A stretch of DNA of 64,000 bases from Auanema rhodensis (lineage: Eukaryota; Animalia; Nematoda), in the NCBI GenBank assembly GCA_964057225.1, contig OZ059896.1:4774001-4838000 (forward strand), in the 5' to 3' direction. The translations under genes were made by a program, and so were the position numbers. Each line of letters opens with the position of its first letter. Within the stretch, counting starts at the first letter, position 1. The notes beneath the pieces are model-generated. The model was given only the letters and a program-made list of their open reading frames with translations. It ran no database searches and was not told the origin of the DNA. Shown here piece by piece: positions 54,101-64,000 of the stretch.

Positions 54101-57100
54101 ACGTGAACTTTAATTTATGCTAATTAAATGTACACGGGATGTGCACTTGGTATGTAACTCGCTTCACGTGAAAGATAAAGAGATGCGGTTTTCAAAATTA
54201 GATTCCCCATGTCCATATTAGTCTAAAAACAAAATTTTATTGATATTGCTGCATGGTAACCATGACTTTCAAATTTAAGTGAACTTTAATTTATGCTAAT
54301 TAAATGTACACGTGATGTGCACTTGGTATGTAACTCGCTTCACGTGGAAGATAAAGAGATGCGGTTTTGAAAATTAGATTCCCCATGTCCATATTAGTCT
54401 AAAAACAAATTTTTATTGATATTGGTGCATGGTAACCATGACTTTGAAATTTACGTGAACTTTAATTTATGCTAATTAAATGTACACGGGATGTGCACTT
54501 GGTATGTAACTCGCTTCACGTGAAAGATAAAGAGATGCGGTTTTCAAAATTAGATTCCCCATGTCCATATTAGTCTAAAAACAAAATTTTATTGATATTG
54601 GTGCATGGTAACCATGAGTTTGAAATTTACGTGAACTTTAATTTATGCTAATTAAATGTACACGTGATGTGCACTTGGTATGTAACTCGCTTCACGTGAA
54701 AGATAAAGAGATGCGGTTTTTAAAAATAGATTCTCCATGTCCATATTACTCTAAAAACAAATTTTTATTGATATTGGTGCATGGTAACCATGAGTTTGAA
54801 ATTTACGTGAACTTTAATTTATGCTAATTAAATGTACACGTGATGTGCACTTGGTATGTAACTCGCTTCACGTGAAAGATAAAGAGATGCGGTTTTCAAA
54901 ATTAGATTCTCCATGTCCATATTAGTCTAAAAACAAATTTTTATTGATATTGGTGCATGGTAACCATGAGTTTGAAATTTACGTGAACTTTAATTTATGC
55001 TAATTAAATGTACACGTGATGTGCACTTGGTATGTAACTCGCTTCACGTGAAAGATAAAGAGATGCGGTTTTGAAAATTAGATTCCCCATGTCCATATTA
55101 GTCTAAAAACAAAATTTTATTGATATTGGTGCATGGTAACCATGACTTTGAAATTTACGTGAACTTTAATTTATGCTAATTAAATGTACACGTGATGTGC
55201 ACTTGGTATGTAACTCGCTTCACGTGAAAGATAAAGAGATGCGTTTTTCAAATATAGATTCCCCATGTCCATATTAGTCTAAAAACAAATTTTTATTGAT
55301 ATTGCTGCATGGTAACCATGACTTTCAAATTTAAGTGAACTTTAATGTATGCTAATTAAATGTACACGTGATGTGCACTTGGTATGTAACTCGCTTCACG
55401 TGAAAGATAAAGAGATGCGGTTTTGAAAATTAGATTCCCCATGTCCATATTAGTCTAAAAACAAATTTTTATTGATATTGGTGCATGGTAACCATGACTT
55501 TGAAATTTACGTGAACTTTAATTTATGCTAATAAAATGTACACGTGATGTGCACTTGGTATGTAACTCGCTTCACGTGAAAGATAAAGAGATGCGGTTTT
55601 TAAAAATAGATTCTCCATGTCCATATTACTCTAAAAACAAATTTTTATTGATATTGGTGCATGGTAACCATGAGTTTGAAATTTACGTGAACTTTAATTT
55701 ATGCTAATTAAATGTACACGTGATGTGCACTTGGTATGTAACTCGCTTCACGTGAAAGATAAAGAGATGCGGTTTTCAAAATTAGATTCTCCATGTCCAT
55801 ATTAGTCTAAAAACAAATTTTTATTGATATTGGTGCATGGTAACCATGAGTTTGAAATTTACGTGAACTTTAATTTATGCTAATTAAATGTACACGTGAT
55901 GTGCACTTGGTATGTAACTCGCTTCACGTGAAAGATAAAGAGATGCGGTTTTCAAAATTAGATTCCCCATGTCCATATTAGTCTAAAAACAAAATTTTAT
56001 TGATATTGGTGCATGGTAACCATGACTTTGAAATTTACGTGAACTTTAATTTATGCTAATTAAATGTACACGTGATGTGCACTTGGTATGTAACTCGCTT
56101 CACGTGAAAGATAAAGAGATGCGGTTTTTAAAATTAGATTCTCCATGTCCATATTAGTCTAAAAACAAATTTTTATTGATATTGGTGTATGGTAACCATG
56201 AGTTTGAAATTTACGTGAACTTTAATTTATGCTAATTAAATGTACACGTGATGTGCACTTGGTATGTAACTCGCTTCACGTGAAAAATAAAGAGATGCGG
56301 TTTTCAAAATTAGATTCCCCATGTCCATATTAGTCTAAAAACAAAATTTTATTGATATTGGTGCATGGTAACCATGACTTTGAAATTTACGTGAACTTTA
56401 ATTTATGCTAATTAAATGTACACGTGATGTGCACTTGGTATGTAACTCGCTTCACGTGAAAGATAAAGAGATGCGGTTTTCATAATTAGATTCCCCATGT
56501 CCATATTAGTCTAAAAACAAAATTTTATTGATATTGGTGCATGGTAACCATGACTTTGAAATTTACGTGAACTTTGATTTATGCTAATTAAATGTACACG
56601 TGATGTGCACTTGGTATGTAACTCGCTTCACGTGAAAGATAAAGAGATGCGTTTTTCAAATATAGATTCCCCATGTCCATATTAGTCTAAAAACAAATTT
56701 TTATTGATATTGGTGCATGGTAACCATGAGTTTGAAATTTACGTGAACTTTAATTTATGCTAATTAAATGTACACGGGATGTGCACTTGGTATGTAACTC
56801 GCTTCACGTGAAAGATAAAGAGATGCGGTTTTCAAAATTAGATTCCCCATGTCCATATTAGTCTAAAAACAAAATTTTATTGATATTGCTGCATGGTAAC
56901 CATGACTTTCAAATTTAAGTGAACTTTAATTTATGCTAATTAAATGTACACGTGATGTGCACTTGGTATGTAACTCGCTTCACGTGAAAGATAAAGAGAT
57001 GCGGTTTTGAAAATTAGATTCCCCATGTCCATATTAGTCTAAAAACAAATTTTTATTGATATTGGTGCATGGTAACCATGACTTTGAAATTTAAGTGAAC

Positions 57101-60100
57101 TTTAATTTATGCTAATTAAATGTACACGTGATGTGCACTTGGTATGTAACTCGCACGTGAAAGATAAAGAGATGCGGTTTTCAAAATTAGATTCCCCATG
57201 TCCATATTAGTCTAAAAACAAAATTGTATTGATATTGGTGCATGGTAACCATGAGTTTGAAATTTACGTGAACTTTAATTTATGCTAATTAAATGTACAC
57301 GTGATGTGCACTTGGTATGTAACTCGCTTCACGTGAAAGATAAAGAGATGCGGTTTTCAAAATTAGATTCTCCATGTCCATATTAGTCTAAAAACAAATT
57401 TTTATTGATATTGGTGCATGGTAACCATGAGTTTGAAATTTACGTGAACTTTAATTTATGCTAATTAAATGTACACGTGATGTGCACTTGGTATGTAACT
57501 CGATTCACGTGAAAGATAAAGAGATGCGGTTTTTAAAAATAGATTCTCCATGTCCATATTACTCTAAAAACAAATTTTTATTGATATTGGTGTATGGTAA
57601 CCATGAGTTTGAAGTTTACGTGAACTTTAATTTATGCTAATTAAATGTACACGTGATGTGCACTTGGTATGTAACTCGCTTCACGTGAAAGATAAAGAGA
57701 TGCGGTTTTCAAAATTAGATTCCCCATGTCCATATTAGTCTAAAAACAAAATTTCATTGATATTGGTGCATGGTAACCATGACTTTGAAATTTACGTGAA
57801 CTTTAATTTATGCTAATTAAATGTACACGTGATGTGCACTTGGTATGTAACTCGCTTCACGTGAAAAATAAAGAGATGCGGTTTTCAAAATTAGATTCCC
57901 CATGTCCATATTAGTCTAAAAACAAAATTTTATTGATATTGGTGCATGGTAACCATGACTTTGAAATTTACGTGAACTTTAATTTATGCTAATTAAATGT
58001 ACACGTGATGTGCACTTGGTATGTAACTCGCTTCACGTGAAAGATAAAGAGATGCGGTTTTCATAATTAGATTCTCCATGTCCATATTAGTCTAAAAACA
58101 AATTTTTATTGATATTGGTTCATGGTAACCATGAGTTTGAAATTTACGTGAACTTTAATTTATGCTAATTAAATGTACACGTGATGTGCACTTGGTATGT
58201 AACTCGCTTCACGTGAAAGATAAAGAGATGCGGTTTTCAAAATTAGATTCCCCATGTCCATATTAGTCTAAAAACAAAATTTTATTGATATTGGTGCATG
58301 GTAACCATGACTTTGAAATTTACGTGAACTTTAATTTATGCTAATTAAATGTACACGTGATGTGCACTTGGTATGTAACTCGCTTCACGTGAAAGATAAA
58401 GAGATGCGGTTTTTAAAATTAGATTCTCCATGTCCATATTAGTCTAAAAACAAATTTTTATTGATATTGGTGTATGGTAACCATGAGTTTGAAATTTACG
58501 TGAACTTTAATTTATGCTAATTAAATGTACACGTGATGTGCACTTGGTATGTAACTCGCTTCACGTGAAAAATAAAGAGATGCGGTTTTCAAAATTAGAT
58601 TCCCCATGTCCATATTAGTCTAAAAACAAAATTTTATTGATATTGGTGCATGGTAACCATGACTTTGAAATTTACGTGAACTTTAATTTATGCTAATTAA
58701 ATGTACACGTGATGTGCACTTGGTATGTAACTCGCTTCACGTGAAAGATAAAGAGATGCGGTTTTCATAATTAGATTCCCCATGTCCATATTAGTCTAAA
58801 AACAAAATTTTATTGATATTGGTGCATGGTAACCATGACTTTGAAATTTACGTGAACTTTGATTTATGCTAATTAAATGTACACGTGATGTGCACTTGGT
58901 ATGTAACTCGCTTCACGTGAAAGATAAAGAGATGCGTTTTTCAAATATAGATTCCCCATGTCCATATTAGTCTAAAAACAAATTTTTATTGATATTGGTG
59001 CATGGTAACCATGAGTTTGAAATTTACGTGAACTTTAATTTATGCTAATTAAATGTACACGGGATGTGCACTTGGTATGTAACTCGCTTCACGTGAAAGA
59101 TAAAGAGATGCGGTTTTCAAAATTAGATTCCCCATGTCCATATTAGTCTAAAAACAAAATTTTATTGATATTGCTGCATGGTAACCATGACTTTCAAATT
59201 TAAGTGAACTTTAATTTATGCTAATTAAATGTACACGTGATGTGCACTTGGTATGTAACTCGCTTCACGTGAAAGATAAAGAGATGCGGTTTTGAAAATT
59301 AGATTCCCCATGTCCATATTAGTCTAAAAACAAATTTTTATTGATATTGGTGCATGGTAACCATGACTTTGAAATTTAAGTGAACTTTAATTTATGCTAA
59401 TTAAATGTACACGTGATGTGCACTTGGTATGTAACTCGCACGTGAAAGATAAAGAGATGCGGTTTTCAAAATTAGATTCCCCATGTCCATATTAGTCTAA
59501 AAACAAAATTGTATTGATATTGGTGCATGGTAACCATGAGTTTGAAATTTACGTGAACTTTAATTTATGCTAATTAAATGTACACGTGATGTGCACTTGG
59601 TATGTAACTCGCTTCACGTGAAAGATAAAGAGATGCGGTTTTCAAAATTAGATTCTCCATGTCCATATTAGTCTAAAAACAAATTTTTATTGATATTGGT
59701 GCATGGTAACCATGAGTTTGAAATTTACGTGAACTTTAATTTATGCTAATTAAATGTACACGTGATGTGCACTTGGTATGTAACTCGATTCACGTGAAAG
59801 ATAAAGAGATGCGGTTTTTAAAAATAGATTCTCCATGTCCATATTACTCTAAAAACAAATTTTTATTGATATTGGTGTATGGTAACCATGAGTTTGAAGT
59901 TTACGTGAACTTTAATTTATGCTAATTAAATGTACACGTGATGTGCACTTGGTATGTAACTCGCTTCACGTGAAAGATAAAGAGATGCGGTTTTCAAAAT
60001 TAGATTCCCCATGTCCATATTAGTCTAAAAACAAAATTTCATTGATATTGGTGCATGGTAACCATGACTTTGAAATTTACGTGAACTTTAATTTATGCTA

Positions 60101-63100
60101 ATTAAATGTACACGTGATGTGCACTTGGTATGTAACTCGCTTCACGTGAAAAATAAAGAGATGCGGTTTTCAAAATTAGATTCCCCATGTCCATATTAGT
60201 CTAAAAACAAAATTTTATTGATATTGGTGCATGGTAACCATGACTTTGAAATTTACGTGAACTTTAATTTATGCTAATTAAATGTACACGTGATGTGCAC
60301 TTGGTATGTAACTCGCTTCACGTGAAAGATAAAGAGATGCGGTTTTCATAATTAGATTCTCCATGTCCATATTAGTCTAAAAACAAATTTTTATTGATAT
60401 TGGTTCATGGTAACCATGAGTTTGAAATTTACGTGAACTTTAATTTATGCTAATTAAATGTACACGTGATGTGCACTTGGTATGTAACTCGCTTCACGTG
60501 AAAGATAAAGAGATGCGGTTTTCAAAATTAGATTCCCCATGTCCATATTAGTCTAAAAACAAAATTTTATTGATATTGGTGCATGGTAACCATGACTTTG
60601 AAATTTACGTGAACTTTAATTTATGCTAATTAAATGTACACGTGATGTGCACTTGGTATGTAACTCGCTTCACGTGAAAGATAAAGAGATGCGTTTTTCA
60701 AAATTAGATTCCCCATGTCCATATTAGTCTAAAAACAAATTTTTATTGATATTGGTGCATGGTAACCATGAGTTTGAAATTTATGTGAACTTTAATTTAT
60801 GCTAATTAAATGTACACGTGATGTGCACTTGGTATGTAACTCGCTTCACGTGAAAGATAAAGAGATGCGGTTTTCAAAATTAGATTCCCCATGTCCATAT
60901 TAGTCTAAAAACAAAATTTTATTGATATTGATGCATGGTAACCATGACTTTGAAATTTAAGTGAACTTTAATTTATGCTAATTAAATGTACACGTGATGT
61001 GCACTTGGTATGTAACTCGCTTCACGTGAAAGATAAAGAGATGCGGTTTTCAAAATTAGATTCCCCATGTCCATATTAGTCTAAAAACAAATTTTTATTG
61101 ATATTGGTGCATGGTAACCATGAGTTTGAAATTTACGTGAACTTTAATTTATGCTAATTAAATGTACACGGGATGTGCACTTGGTATGTAACTCGCTTCA
61201 CGTGAAAGATAAAGAGATGCGGTTTTCAAAATTAGATTCCCCATGTCCATATTAGTCTAAAAACAAAATTTTATTGATATTGGTGCATGGTAACCATGAG
61301 TTTGAAATTTACGTGAACTTTAATTTATGCTAATTAAATGTACACGTGATGTGCACTTGGTATGTAACTCGCTTCACGTGAAAGATAAAGAGATGCGGTT
61401 TTTAAAAATAGATTCTCCATGTCCATATTACTCTAAAAACAAATTTTTATTGATATTGGTGCATGGTAACCATGAGTTTGAAATTTACGTGAACTTTAAT
61501 TTATGCTAATTAAATGTACACGTGATGTGCACTTGGTATGTAACTCGCTTCACGTGAAAGATAAAGAGATGCGGTTTTCAAAATTAGATTCTCCATGTCC
61601 ATATTAGTCTAAAAACAAATTTTTATTGATATTGGTGCATGGTAACCATGAGTTTGAAATTTACGTGAACTTTAATTTATGCTAATTAAATGTACACGTG
61701 ATGTGCACTTGGTATGTAACTCGCTTCACGTGAAAGATAAAGAGATGCGGTTTTCAAAATTAGATTCCCCATGTCCATATTAGTCTAAAAACAAAATTTT
61801 ATTGATATTGGTGCATGGTAACCATGACTTTGAAATTTACGTGAACTTTAATTTATGCTAATTAAATGTACACGTGATGTGCACTTGGTATGTAACTCGC
61901 TTCACGTGAAAGATAAAGAGATGCGTTTTTCAAATATAGATTCCCCATGTCCATATTAGTCTAAAAACAAATTTTTATTGATATTGCTGCATGGTAACCA
62001 TGACTTTCAAATTTAAGTGAACTTTAATGTATGCTAATTAAATGTACACGTGATGTGCACTTGGTATGTAACTCGCTTCACGTGAAAGATAAAGAGATGC
62101 GGTTTTGAAAATTAGATTCCCCATGTCCATATTAGTCTAAAAACAACATTTTATTGATATTGGTGCATGGTAACCATGACTTTGAAATTTACGTGAACTT
62201 TAATTTAAGCTAATTAAATGTACACGTGATGTGCACTTGGTATGTAACTCGCTTCACGTGAAAGATAAAGAGATGCGGTTTTTAAAAATAGATTCTCCAT
62301 GTCCATATTACTCTAAAAACAAATTTTTATTGATATTGGTGCATGGTAACCATGAGTTTGAAATTTACGTGAACTTTAATTTATGCTAATTAAATGTACA
62401 CGTGATGTGCACTTGGTATGTAACTCGCTTCACGTGAAAGATAAAGAGATGCGGTTTTCAAAATTAGATTCTCCATGTCCATATTAGTCTAAAAACAAAT
62501 TTTTATTGATATTGGTGCATGGTAACCATGAGTTTGAAATTTACGTGAACTTTAATTTATGCTAATTAAATGTACACGTGATGTGCACTTGGTATGTAAC
62601 TCGCTTCACGTGAAAGATAAAGAGATGCGGTTTTCAAAATTAGATTCCCCATGTCCATATTAGTCTAAAAACAAAATTTTATTGATATTGGTGCATGGTA
62701 ACCATGACTTTGAAATTTACGTGAACTTTAATTTATGCTAATTAAATGTACACGTGATGTGCACTTGGTATGTAACTCGCTTCACGTGAAAGATAAAGAG
62801 ATGCGGTTTTTAAAATTAGATTCTCCATGTCCATATTAGTCTAAAAACAAATTTTTATTGATATTGGTGTATGGTAACCATGAGTTTGAAATTTACGTGA
62901 ACTTTAATTTATGCTAATTAAATGTACACGTGATGTGCACTTGGTATGTAACTCGCTTCACGTGAAAAATAAAGAGATGCGGTTTTCAAAATTAGATTCC
63001 CCATGTCCATATTAGTCTAAAAACAAAATTTTATTGATATTGGTGCATGGTAACCATGACTTTGAAATTTACGTGAACTTTAATTTATGCTAATTAAATG

Positions 63101-64000
63101 TACACGTGATGTGCACTTGGTATGTAACTCGCTTCACGTGAAAGATAAAGAGATGCGGTTTTCATAATTAGATTCCCCATGTCCATATTAGTCTAAAAAC
63201 AAAATTTTATTGATATTGGTGCATGGTAACCATGACTTTGAAATTTACGTGAACTTTGATTTATGCTAATTAAATGTACACGTGATGTGCACTTGGTATG
63301 TAACTCGCTTCACGTGAAAGATAAAGAGATGCGTTTTTCAAATATAGATTCCCCATGTCCATATTAGTCTAAAAACAAATTTTTATTGATATTGGTGCAT
63401 GGTAACCATGAGTTTGAAATTTACGTGAACTTTAATTTATGCTAATTAAATGTACACGGGATGTGCACTTGGTATGTAACTCGCTTCACGTGAAAGATAA
63501 AGAGATGCGGTTTTCAAAATTAGATTCCCCATGTCCATATTAGTCTAAAAACAAAATTTTATTGATATTGCTGCATGGTAACCATGACTTTCAAATTTAA
63601 GTGAACTTTAATTTATGCTAATTAAATGTACACGTGATGTGCACTTGGTATGTAACTCGCTTCACGTGAAAGATAAAGAGATGCGGTTTTGAAAATTAGA
63701 TTCCCCATGTCCATATTAGTCTAAAAACAAATTTTTATTGATATTGGTGCATGGTAACCATGACTTTGAAATTTAAGTGAACTTTAATTTATGCTAATTA
63801 AATGTACACGTGATGTGCACTTGGTATGTAACTCGCACGTGAAAGATAAAGAGATGCGGTTTTCAAAATTAGATTCCCCATGTCCATATTAGTCTAAAAA
63901 CAAAATTGTATTGATATTGGTGCATGGTAACCATGAGTTTGAAATTTACGTGAACTTTAATTTATGCTAATTAAATGTACACGTGATGTGCACTTGGTAT
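51106..64000 (+). repeat. SatB 176-bp tandem satellite array, about 73 monomers, open at the window end
   Basis: Monomer atgctaattaaatgtacacgtgatgtgcacttgg...tttacgtgaactttaattt. ORF spacing 54645 to 55525 is 880 = 5 x 176. Occasional 173-bp monomers lack ctt. Confidence 0.99.

Noticed and set aside
50166-61509. 60-aa ORF (MLIKCTRDV...) in SatB
   Set aside because: It is open only in a minority monomer variant that happens to lose two stops, spans just one monomer and has no recognisable domain. It is useful only as a variant marker.
1-64000. CRISPR array
   Set aside because: There are no unique spacers; whole monomers repeat head to tail, and no cas genes are present.
1-64000. 5S rRNA, tRNA, snRNA or spliced-leader tandem gene arrays
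   Set aside because: I recognise no conserved RNA-gene motifs in either monomer. An Rfam/Infernal scan would be the definitive test.
1-64000. Assignment to a named satellite (primate alpha, Arabidopsis CEN178, Drosophila 359-bp) or species
   Set aside because: Only the lengths are similar. I do not recognise the sequences or a CENP-B box, so a database search is required.

Overview
This window is entirely eukaryotic-type satellite DNA; I can support no gene, RNA gene, transposon or CRISPR array. Two AT-rich tandem families meet here. SatA has a 351-bp monomer (1-49745, about 142 copies) and SatB a 176-bp monomer (49744-64000, about 81 copies). The layout is SatA forward (1-45622), SatA inverted (45621-49745), SatB inverted (49744-51111), SatB forward (51106-64000). 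The key structure is that both orientation switches are fold-back inverted duplications. Rare monomer variants appear in mirror order on either side of each switch, giving two kilobase-scale interrupted palindromes, with spacers of 131 bp and 34 bp, that flank one sharp SatA/SatB junction. All three junctions show 2-6 bp microhomology and no inserted sequence, and a simple inversion cannot produce this order. SatA also shows an abrupt subfamily switch near 23.1 kb, mosaic monomers, local 2-, 3-, 5- and 7-mer duplications, almost invariant monomer length and a roughly 67-bp internal hairpin. SatB is rich in short palindromes, including two CACGTG per monomer, and has irregular higher-order blocks. 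A centromeric or pericentromeric location is plausible but is inference. I cannot name the organism or the satellite families. All listed ORFs are by-products of the repeats.
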